The position numbers and the translations under genes were made by a program. Positions 24,244 through 31,426 of a stretch of DNA of 32,000 nt are shown piece by piece (positions within the stretch are counted from its first letter, which is position 1; every line of letters begins with the position of its first letter). The notes beneath the pieces were generated by a model. It did not search any database and was not told the origin of the DNA. It worked only from the letters and a program-made list of their open reading frames with translations. Origin of the DNA: Candidatus Saccharimonadota bacterium (lineage in GTDB: Bacteria; Patescibacteriota; Saccharimonadia; Saccharimonadales; Saccharimonadaceae); NCBI GenBank assembly GCA_001029695.1, contig CP011211.1, forward strand, positions 750,001 to 782,000, in the 5' to 3' direction.

Positions 24244-25155
24244 ATGAAAAAAACAAAAACAATCATAGAACTCAAAAATGTTACAAAAAAGTTCGGTACA
24301 TTTACTGCGATTGAAGATGTCTCTTTCTCTGTAGAAAAAGGAGAGATTATCGGATTCGTAGGGGTGAATGGCGCGGGTAAAACGACGACTATCAATGCGA
24401 TGCTTGGTTTTAGTGTGCCGACACGTGGAACGATCTCTCTGTTTGGCGAGCGGGTCGTGCCGTCAAATGCACATCTCTCTCATCGACATATCGGATATGC
24501 GGCCGGTGATATGGAGCTACCGCTACATTTGACAGGACAGCAGTATATTGATTTTGTGATGAGCCAGTTTAAGGGTGATCATACTGATCGACTCGAGGCT
24601 CTTCTTAAGCAGTTTTCTCCGCAGTTAGAGAAAAAGATAAAAACACTTTCTCGGGGCAATAAACAGAAGATCGCGCTTGTTGCTGCATTTATGACAAGTC
24701 CTGCTATCGTCGTTCTAGACGAACCGACAAGCGGACTGGACCCTATCATGCAAGACGCCTTTTTGGAGCTTATCCGTAGCGAGCAGAAAAATGGCGTGAC
24801 GATATTTATGTCATCGCACTACCTTCAAGAGGTCGCTGAAGTGTGTACGAGAGTGCTTTTGATGAAGAATGGTCGTATCGTCGAAGATCTATCGGCGGAG
24901 CGGCTACAGCGAGCAAGCGGTAAGCTTGTGAGAGTTGTGAGTAAGAAGGCGGTGATTCCACCTCCGCACGCCAAACAGGCGACCACGACGGATAATGAGC
25001 ATGGAGTGACAACTGAATTCTCTTATGACGGGCCAATACCGCAACTGCAAGTATGGCTTGCAGGACTAAAGAGCGTTACTGATTTATCCGTAGGCGACCG
25101 TACGCTTGAGGCCGAATTTCGCAGTTTGTATGACGAAGGAGTGGAAGTAAAATGA
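24244..25155 (+). CDS. ABC transporter ATP-binding protein
   Basis: Walker A GVNGAGKTTT, signature LSRGNKQKIAL, Walker B VVLDEPTSGLD and H-loop SSH. Extended -10 TGGTATAAT at 24225-24233. Confidence 0.9.
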   Translation: MKKTKTIIELKNVTKKFGTFTAIEDVSFSVEKGEIIGFVGVNGAGKTTTINAMLGFSVPTRGTISLFGERVVPSNAHLSHRHIGYAAGDMELPLHLTGQQYIDFVMSQFKGDHTDRLEALLKQFSPQLEKKIKTLSRGNKQKIALVAAFMTSPAIVVLDEPTSGLDPIMQDAFLELIRSEQKNGVTIFMSSHYLQEVAEVCTRVLLMKNGRIVEDLSAERLQRASGKLVRVVSKKAVIPPPHAKQATTTDNEHGVTTEFSYDGPIPQLQVWLAGLKSVTDLSVGDRTLEAEFRSLYDEGVEVK

Positions 25156-25949
25156 TAATTCGCAATGTATTTATGAAGACGCTTTATGATAAGCGTTGGT
25201 TTGTGTTCGGTTGGACGCTTGGACTTATGGCATTGACGGCGCTGATGGTGACATTTTACCCTGCTATGCACCAGGACGGGTCGCTTGAGCAGTTGACGAA
25301 GAGTATGCCACCGGCATTTCAGGGTCTTGTCGGCAATCTAGATAATCTCAGCCGTTTCTCGACATACCTTGCTTCGCAACTTTTTGATATTCGTATGCAG
25401 ATCATAGCGGGTGTTATGGCGATCATATTGGCGCTTAGTATTTCGATTTCCGAAGAGGAAAATGGCCAGCTCCGAAGTTTGACGGCGCTACCGATAAGCC
25501 GGACGGCTATCGTTGTGCAAAAATGGCTTGCGATGGTGGTGATTCTGTCGGTAACGGTACTTGGTACGATGGTAGGAATACTTCTTTTTCAAACAATGAT
25601 CAATGAATCGATAGATCTTGGTGAACTTGCGCGGTTGATCTTTATGACCTGGATTCTGCTGATCGCTCTTGGAAGTCTTACGTTTGCAGCAGCGATGGCA
25701 TCTGGGATTAGGAGTGTCGCCTTAAGTGTCGGAATTCTCGTGCTTGCGGTGAGCTTTATTGTGACGACTTTTTCGGTGGGTGTAGATTGGTTGAAAGATT
25801 TTGAAAGTTTTTCTATCTTTTATTTCTTCCCGGCTGTCGATATCGTCAAAGAAGGGATTCAGCTACGGGACGTCAGTGTACTTATCGGTATTTCAGTCGT
25901 ATCGCTGGTGGTTACACTTATCTTTTTTCGCCGTCGAGATATTCGTTAG
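25152..25949 (+). CDS. ABC-2 type transporter permease
   Basis: About six predicted TM segments. ATGA overlap with the ATPase gene and a GAAGGAG SD. Typical of ABC-2 exporter partners. Confidence 0.8.
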   Translation: MIIRNVFMKTLYDKRWFVFGWTLGLMALTALMVTFYPAMHQDGSLEQLTKSMPPAFQGLVGNLDNLSRFSTYLASQLFDIRMQIIAGVMAIILALSISISEEENGQLRSLTALPISRTAIVVQKWLAMVVILSVTVLGTMVGILLFQTMINESIDLGELARLIFMTWILLIALGSLTFAAAMASGIRSVALSVGILVLAVSFIVTTFSVGVDWLKDFESFSIFYFFPAVDIVKEGIQLRDVSVLIGISVVSLVVTLIFFRRRDIR

Positions 25950-25964
25950 GGAATGAGTGAAGAT

Positions 25965-25996
25965 AAATAAGCCTGATGTTTCAGGCTTATTTTTAT
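25965..25996 (+). terminator. Rho-independent terminator of the ABC operon
   Basis: AAATAAGCCTGA / TGTT / TCAGGCTTATTT followed by a T-run. Confidence 0.85.
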
Positions 25997-26031
25997 TGTC
26001 ATATATAAAGTTTTATGGTAATAATAAGATT

Positions 26032-26121
26032 ATGTATATAGCATACGCCAGTATTCAGACAGTAGACTTCGACGCCAAGCACGGCGGCGATGCTGATGTG
26101 GCGTATCTTATTTCTCTCTAG
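26032..26121 (+). CDS. Candidate small ORF (29 aa: MYIAYASIQTVDFDAKHGGDADVAYLISL)
   Basis: It is preceded by TTGTCA (25996-26001), an 18-nt spacer, AATAAT (26020-26025), a 6-nt spacer, then ATG. This is the same geometry as the predicted leaderless genes. A weak hairpin plus T-run follows near 26148-26175. No homology evidence. Confidence 0.25.
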   Translation: MYIAYASIQTVDFDAKHGGDADVAYLISL

Positions 26122-26236
26122 TATAAATATTTTTTGACATAAGATAGGCCTCCAACTCTCGGAGGTATTTTTATCACAAAAAGTTGGCGGTCGATCTGGT
26201 TTCGAAAAGCGAAACCGTAAAAGAAAGGAAAGCGTT

Positions 26237-26908
26237 ATGGCATTTGGGCCAATTATGCGAATGAAGGTAGGTGACTACCTTATTGAGCTTGCGCCGCCAA
26301 CGAAAGAAAGCATTCAGACGATTATATCGCCCGGGTTGCAGCAAGCGAGCGTTACAAAATATCTCAACAATCATTTTTCTCCAACGATAGAGGATCAGAT
26401 AGAGTGGTATGAAAAAACACGAACAGCGAAAAATCAGCTCGTGTGGGGTGTATGGCTAGTCGGTAAAGATAATGAGCGAACACTTATCGGGTCAACAGCT
26501 CTGAATGATATTGAGGGTGAGCAGATCATGCAAGCAACCTCGGGATCGCTTATTGCCGACAAGCAGTACTGGAATAAAGGTATTGCGAGTGCTATCCACA
26601 AAGCACGGACATGGTATGCATTTGAACAACGTGGCCTGACGCGTATCAAATCAGCCGTATACTATGGCAATATCGCAAGTCGACGTGCGTTAGAGAAGAC
26701 AGGGTATAGTTTGGTCTATGTCGAGAGAAACGTTCAGTTTATTGATGGACAGTTTCGACACATGGATAATCTCGAATGTCTCAATCCTGCCCAAGAATCG
26801 TGGCGAACGTGGTGGCGAGGTGAGCGACCGCAACGATTGGCGCTAGAGGCGCGTCAGCGTACGCTTGAATCGCTTGACTGGGCGCGTGAAAACGTCACGT
26901 TGCTGTAA
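26237..26908 (+). CDS. GNAT family N-acetyltransferase (RimJ/RimL-like)
   Basis: QYWNKGIASAIHKARTWYAFEQRGLTRIKSAVYYGNIASRRALEKTGYSLV contains the acetyl-CoA binding motif A (Q/RxxGxG/A-like) and the beta-bulge region. AAAGGAAAG SD. Confidence 0.85.
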   Translation: MAFGPIMRMKVGDYLIELAPPTKESIQTIISPGLQQASVTKYLNNHFSPTIEDQIEWYEKTRTAKNQLVWGVWLVGKDNERTLIGSTALNDIEGEQIMQATSGSLIADKQYWNKGIASAIHKARTWYAFEQRGLTRIKSAVYYGNIASRRALEKTGYSLVYVERNVQFIDGQFRHMDNLECLNPAQESWRTWWRGERPQRLALEARQRTLESLDWARENVTLL

Positions 26909-26914
26909 GTGGTT

Positions 26915-27214
26915 CTATTTATCGAAAGCAGGCTCTGTGATAAATTGCGCAGAGTCTGTTTTTCTGTAGCGGATGATCATGACGACCATCACAAGGTAGT
27001 AGAGAAGCCAAATGCTGTTGACGATAATGTAGGGGAGTGCGCCGAGGCTGACGCCATAGAGAAGTGCGATGAATTGGCTGAATGTCCATGCCATCCAGCT
27101 GAAGAGACTAAACTCATCTGACTGCTTGGTGATGAGAAGTTGTTTGACTTGGGGCGCCATCGCAATAATCGCGACCGTCGATGCCATCAAATAGGCAAGT
27201 TCGATAGTGACCAT
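26915..27214 (-). CDS. SemiSWEET-like / PQ-loop small sugar transporter (3 TM)
   Basis: 99 aa with three TM helices. PQ motif in TM1 (IIAMAPQVKQL), Trp in TM2 (FSWMAW) and Asn in TM3 (IIVNSIW), as in characterised SemiSWEETs. Confidence 0.6.
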   Translation of the reverse strand: MVTIELAYLMASTVAIIAMAPQVKQLLITKQSDEFSLFSWMAWTFSQFIALLYGVSLGALPYIIVNSIWLLYYLVMVVMIIRYRKTDSAQFITEPAFDK

Positions 27215-27258
27215 GAGGTGTTTGTCCTTTTGTTTATTTTTGTGTGATTGCTATTCTT

Positions 27259-27287
27259 ATATTAACATAACTATTACAAAAAGTCAA
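27259..27287 (-). promoter_or_regulatory. Promoter TTGACT-17-TAATAT (- strand) for the SemiSWEET-like gene
   Basis: Reverse complement of 27282-27287 is TTGACT, and of 27259-27264 is TAATAT. Predicted leader of about 40 nt with AAAGGA. Confidence 0.55.
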
Positions 27288-27416
27288 TCTCTGCAAGAGA
27301 GCCTGTAGAGATGCTATAATAGAAATGTATTAAACACGCGGACGGTGATAGAGACAAGAATTTGTATAAACGAATTTTTACCCCTGTTACTCTCCGCACC
27401 ACATAAAGGAGACGGT

Positions 27417-29531
27417 ATGTCTACAATCAACCCAATGGGTAAGGATATTATTAGTGTTAGCACGGAACTTGCTGGCAGAACATTAACACTTGAGGTAAAC
27501 CGACTTGGTTTTCGTACGACGGCGAGCGTGCTTGTACGTTATGGTGACACGGTAGTACTTGGTACGGCTATGGTTGGATCACGACCGGTTGTACTCGACT
27601 ATTTCCCACTCTCAATCGATTATGAAGAAAAGTTTTATGCAGCAGGCAAGATTAGCGGTAGTCGTTTCATTAAGCGAGAAGGTCGTCCTAGTGACGAAGC
27701 TGTGCTTATTGGTCGTCTTATCGATCGTCCTATTCGTCCACTCTTTCCAAAAGGCTATCGTCAGGAAGTTCAGGTAGTTGCAAGCGTCCTCTCGATGGAT
27801 CCAAATTTCCGTCCCGATATGGTAGCAATGATCGCAGCGAGCGCAGCACTGAGTCTTACGGGTACGCCGTTTGATGGTCCTGTTGCAGGGCTTCGTATCG
27901 GTCGCGTAAACGGTGAATTTAAGGCATTTCTTACAGCTGAAGAACGTGAAGAGAGCGACCTTGATCTTGTTGTCGCGGGTATCGAAAGCGGTATCACGAT
28001 GGTTGAGGCGGGTGCAAACGAAGTTTCTGAAGAAGCAATCGCCGACGCACTTGCATGGGCATACGAGCAGTATCAACCAGCAATTGCCCTCCAAAAAGAG
28101 CTCGTGGAAAAGATCGCACCAGTTGCCCAGGAATACGCACTTGTTTTGCCAAATGAAGAGATTCAGCAAGCAGTCAATGAGTGGGTTGATGGCAAGCTTG
28201 GTGAGGCACTCCACCATCCATATCCAGAACGAAATGAGCTTGTCAGCACACTTCGCTGGGCGTTCCACGATGAGATGCGTGAGAAATTCGGTGAAGATGA
28301 GTATAAGGCGCTTCATGATGAATATGACGAAGCATTTACTAGTGCACTACACTACGACGTAAGAAAAGGCATTATCAATCTCCAGACACGCCCAGACGGC
28401 CGTAAGCTTGATGAGATTCGACCACTTTCAAGTGAAGTGTCACTTCTACCTCGTGCTCACGGTTCAAGCCTGTTTACTCGCGGTGTTACGCAGGGTCTTA
28501 ATATCGTGACGCTTGCACCATTAAGCTTTGCGCAGATGGTTGATACGATGGAGCAAAACGACTACGAACGTCGCTACATGCACCACTACAATGCACCTGG
28601 CTATACGGTTGGTGAAGTACGTCGACTTGGTGGTGCTGGACGTCGCGAGATTGGCCACGGATACCTCGCAGAACGAGCGGTACTTCCGGTACTTCCATCG
28701 GCAGAAGAATTCCCGTATGCGATTCGTAGCGTTACGGAAATTATGAGCCAGAATGGTTCGACCTCTATGGCGGCAACATGTAGCTCCGTGCTAGCACTTA
28801 TGGATGCAGGCGTGCCACTCAAACGTCCGGTTTCTGGTATTGCGATGGGACTTATGATGGATAACGGTACTCCGTATGTCCTGAGTGACATTGCCGATGC
28901 TGAGGATTTTGCTGGTGATATGGACTTCAAGGTAACTGGTACGAGCGAAGGAATTACGGCAATTCAGATGGATATGAAGGTGCATGGTCTACCGGTTGAA
29001 ATCTTACGTCAAGCACTTGAGAAGTCGAAAGCTGGGCGAGCGCATATCCTTGAGCATATGGTAACAACGCTTGCTGAGCCCCGTGCTGAGCTGAGCCCAT
29101 ACGCACCACGTATCGAGAAGATCAAGATCAATCCAGATAAGATCGGTGCGGTGATAGGCAAGGGCGGAGAAGTGATCAATAAGATTACCGCTGAAACCGG
29201 CGCGATGATTGATATCAAAGAGGACGGACTTATCACTGTCGCTGGTCAAGATGCGGCTGGTATTCAGCGAGCAATCAATTGGATCAAGGGGCTAACTGAA
29301 GAGCCAGAAGTGGGCCGTGTCTACGACGGTAAAGTCGTGAGTATCAAAGACTTTGGTGCATTTATCAATATCCTTCCGGGTATCGATGGTATGGTGCATA
29401 TCAGCGAGTTATCTGACGAGCGTGTGGAGCGAGTTGAAGATATCTTAACTGAAGGTGAGATCGTCAAGGTGAAGCTAGTCGGTATCGACGAGCGTGGACG
29501 ATTGAGTCTGTCGATCAAAGACGTCGAATAG
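27417..29531 (+). CDS. pnp: Polyribonucleotide nucleotidyltransferase (PNPase)
   Basis: Two RNase PH domains (FPLSIDYEEKFYAAGKI, HYNAPGYTVGE, SNGSTSMA), a KH domain (GKGGEVINKI) and an S1 domain (GRVYDGKVVSIKDFGAFINI...VHISEL). The start is set at ATG 27417, behind an AAAGGAGA SD. The ORF-track start at 27345 is an upstream extension. Confidence 0.95.
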   Translation: MSTINPMGKDIISVSTELAGRTLTLEVNRLGFRTTASVLVRYGDTVVLGTAMVGSRPVVLDYFPLSIDYEEKFYAAGKISGSRFIKREGRPSDEAVLIGRLIDRPIRPLFPKGYRQEVQVVASVLSMDPNFRPDMVAMIAASAALSLTGTPFDGPVAGLRIGRVNGEFKAFLTAEEREESDLDLVVAGIESGITMVEAGANEVSEEAIADALAWAYEQYQPAIALQKELVEKIAPVAQEYALVLPNEEIQQAVNEWVDGKLGEALHHPYPERNELVSTLRWAFHDEMREKFGEDEYKALHDEYDEAFTSALHYDVRKGIINLQTRPDGRKLDEIRPLSSEVSLLPRAHGSSLFTRGVTQGLNIVTLAPLSFAQMVDTMEQNDYERRYMHHYNAPGYTVGEVRRLGGAGRREIGHGYLAERAVLPVLPSAEEFPYAIRSVTEIMSQNGSTSMAATCSSVLALMDAGVPLKRPVSGIAMGLMMDNGTPYVLSDIADAEDFAGDMDFKVTGTSEGITAIQMDMKVHGLPVEILRQALEKSKAGRAHILEHMVTTLAEPRAELSPYAPRIEKIKINPDKIGAVIGKGGEVINKITAETGAMIDIKEDGLITVAGQDAAGIQRAINWIKGLTEEPEVGRVYDGKVVSIKDFGAFINILPGIDGMVHISELSDERVERVEDILTEGEIVKVKLVGIDERGRLSLSIKDVE

Positions 29532-29552
29532 TACACTGTAGTTTAAAGCACT

Positions 29553-29586
29553 AAAAAGAGAGGCCTGGCAAAGGCCTCTCTTTTTA
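29553..29586 (+). terminator. Rho-independent terminator of pnp
   Basis: AAAAAGAGAGGCCT / GGCAA / AGGCCTCTCTTTTT is a perfect 14-bp stem with A and T flanks. Confidence 0.9.
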
Positions 29587-29605
29587 AAGTGGTTGTGGCT
29601 ATCTA

Positions 29606-29634
29606 TTGACATTCTTATATTAATTATGTATAAT
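29606..29634 (+). promoter_or_regulatory. Consensus promoter TTGACA-17-TATAAT placed 6 nt before ATG 29641 (predicted leaderless)
   Basis: TTGACA 29606-29611, 17-nt spacer, TATAAT 29629-29634, GCCGTC, ATG. Confidence 0.7.
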
Positions 29635-29640
29635 GCCGTC

Positions 29641-30417
29641 ATGCATATGAATAAATTGCGCGCGCCAAGTGCCAATGTTCAATCTACTTACTATGATTCT
29701 CATGGTATACACTCCGTGCCTACTGAGGATGGAGAAGTACATATCTTCTCCTTTGATAAGCCAGCCGATCTTGTGGCAGCAATCAAGAGTGATCTTCCAA
29801 GTTCAGGCACTATTATTACTCCCGAGATGGCTACCGTCGATATTACCCAAGGACTGGATAGTATCGCGAGTCAAGCTAGTTCTGTAAGGAGGCTTGAAGA
29901 CGAGGTGCAATATGCGAGCTTAGGGACAACTGCGGAAATAATTCTAGGCAGTATCCAAAAGTCCCCTCGCTACAATAAATGGCATAATGTAGCAAAAACG
30001 TACCGACTTGGCTCTAAGATTGATACACAGGTAAAGTATGGTCTCAGCGGAGTAGAACAGGAAAGCGGCAGTATCGAAGCGCCACTCGAGAGAGAACGTC
30101 GGATTCGCCTGGGGAGAGCCGTCCTTATTTGTTCTGAGCTTATTTTTACGTACGGTGAAGATGAGGCTATTGCGCAAGGTATAGAGACTATATTGACGCC
30201 TGCTGCGTGGGGAGTGCAGACTCCGGGATTTGCCGAGTTTAATAAGCCTCGAATTGAAGCGGCGGGAGGAATCGATAACTTTAACAGGAATAATATGGAA
30301 AAAGTTGTCAATGGCCATACGTTTCGCGACATACCTAGCCTCAAAAGGGTTATTGTTGCAGATCGAGGGATGTCGGGTAATAAGCCGGTAAACTCAGTAC
30401 ATACAAGAGTTGAGTAA
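29641..30417 (+). CDS. Hypothetical protein (258 aa, no recognisable family)
   Basis: Clean ORF. The start is chosen from promoter geometry. The ORF-track start at 29593 lies upstream of the -35 element. No TM and no motif recognised. Confidence 0.55.
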   Translation: MHMNKLRAPSANVQSTYYDSHGIHSVPTEDGEVHIFSFDKPADLVAAIKSDLPSSGTIITPEMATVDITQGLDSIASQASSVRRLEDEVQYASLGTTAEIILGSIQKSPRYNKWHNVAKTYRLGSKIDTQVKYGLSGVEQESGSIEAPLERERRIRLGRAVLICSELIFTYGEDEAIAQGIETILTPAAWGVQTPGFAEFNKPRIEAAGGIDNFNRNNMEKVVNGHTFRDIPSLKRVIVADRGMSGNKPVNSVHTRVE

Positions 30418-30488
30418 GGTCTTTCTTCGCTTCAGCATTACTTCAGGTATAATAGAAACATATACATTATAACGGAGGCGCTATCACG

Positions 30489-31355
30489 ATGGCAGATGAC
30501 AATAAAAAAGTAGAGACAAAGACTCCAGAGCCAGCTACGCAGCCGGTCGCACCGACTGCAGGTACGGGAAAATCATCTAAAAAAGGCCTTATCATCGGTA
30601 TCGCAGCTGGTGCTGGCGTCCTTCTGCTGATCATTATTGGAGTTGTACTTTTCTTTGCGCTGACAGCAGTAACCAAAGAAGATTACCGAAAGGGGTATGA
30701 TGCGACACAAGATACGTATAGCAAACTAAATGCAAGTTACAACGACCTTGCACAGGCGGCATCGGTATCATCAACGACGACCGAGACGCAGATCACTAAC
30801 CGATCGGATGATGCAAAAAAGACACTCGAGGCATATAAGTCAGCAACTGCTGAGCTTGCCGACCTAAAAGCGCTTCGTAACGCAGACGTCAAAAAACAAT
30901 ACGACACATATAAAAAGCAGAGCGACGACTACATTGCCTACGCAACGGAGTTCATCCCATCTGCAACGGTTGCTTTCAAGGCTGTAGTGGCCTGTGAAAA
31001 AATTGGTTCAACTTCAGTGAGTGATGCCGACGAATTTAACAAGGCAATCGTTCCTTGTGAAGAGGCGCTTGATGGTGCTGACGAAGTAAAAAATAGTGAT
31101 TTCCGTGGATTTGTAGAAGCCTACAAAAAGAACGTCAGCTCAGTCAAGGCAATTGTCGAAAAGTCTCGCTCTATCCCAGCGACAGACTTTACTCAGCGTC
31201 TACAGTTGACTCGAGACCTTCGTGCAACGACCACAGACCTTAATAAGAGTCTCGGTGATACACGTTCAAACATTCAAAAAGCACTTAAAGATAAAAATCC
31301 AAAAGATAGCTTGAGTGAGCTCCGTACACAGCTTCGCGATCTTGCAACTAAGTAA
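30489..31355 (+). CDS. Hypothetical single-pass membrane protein with a helical C-terminal ectodomain
   Basis: N-terminal P/T/K-rich segment, TM GLIIGIAAGAGVLLLIIIGVVLFFAL, then about 220 aa of charged helical sequence with two Cys. TATAAT at 30448-30453 and an ACGGAGG SD. Confidence 0.6.
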   Translation: MADDNKKVETKTPEPATQPVAPTAGTGKSSKKGLIIGIAAGAGVLLLIIIGVVLFFALTAVTKEDYRKGYDATQDTYSKLNASYNDLAQAASVSSTTTETQITNRSDDAKKTLEAYKSATAELADLKALRNADVKKQYDTYKKQSDDYIAYATEFIPSATVAFKAVVACEKIGSTSVSDADEFNKAIVPCEEALDGADEVKNSDFRGFVEAYKKNVSSVKAIVEKSRSIPATDFTQRLQLTRDLRATTTDLNKSLGDTRSNIQKALKDKNPKDSLSELRTQLRDLATK

Positions 31356-31376
31356 AGATTAGCAAGGTGCACTATC

Positions 31377-31409
31377 AACTCGGCTGCAGAGATTGTAGCC
31401 GAGTTTTTG
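31377..31409 (+). terminator. Rho-independent terminator
   Basis: AACTCGGCT (31377-31385) / loop / AGCCGAGTT (31397-31405) followed by TTTTG. Confidence 0.8.
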
Positions 31410-31426
31410 TATGTCATAATGAAAAC

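Noticed and set aside
26032-26908. The sORF plus GNAT could be a GNAT-type toxin-antitoxin pair (TacT/AtaT-like).
   Set aside because: GNAT toxins are about 160-175 aa and pair with RHH or DUF1778 antitoxins of about 90 aa. This GNAT is 223 aa and RimJ/RimL-like. The sORF is only 29 aa and is separated from it by 115 nt containing hairpins.
27612-28316. Long antisense ORFs inside well-supported genes: 234 aa inside pnp, 148 aa at 22266-22712 inside GH13, 147 aa at 4742-5185 inside rpoD, and 103 aa at 4501-4812.
   Set aside because: They lie opposite strongly conserved coding sequence. They have skewed, low-complexity composition (Ser, Cys, Arg or Leu rich), no promoter or SD context and no recognisable motifs. 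They are typical shadow ORFs.
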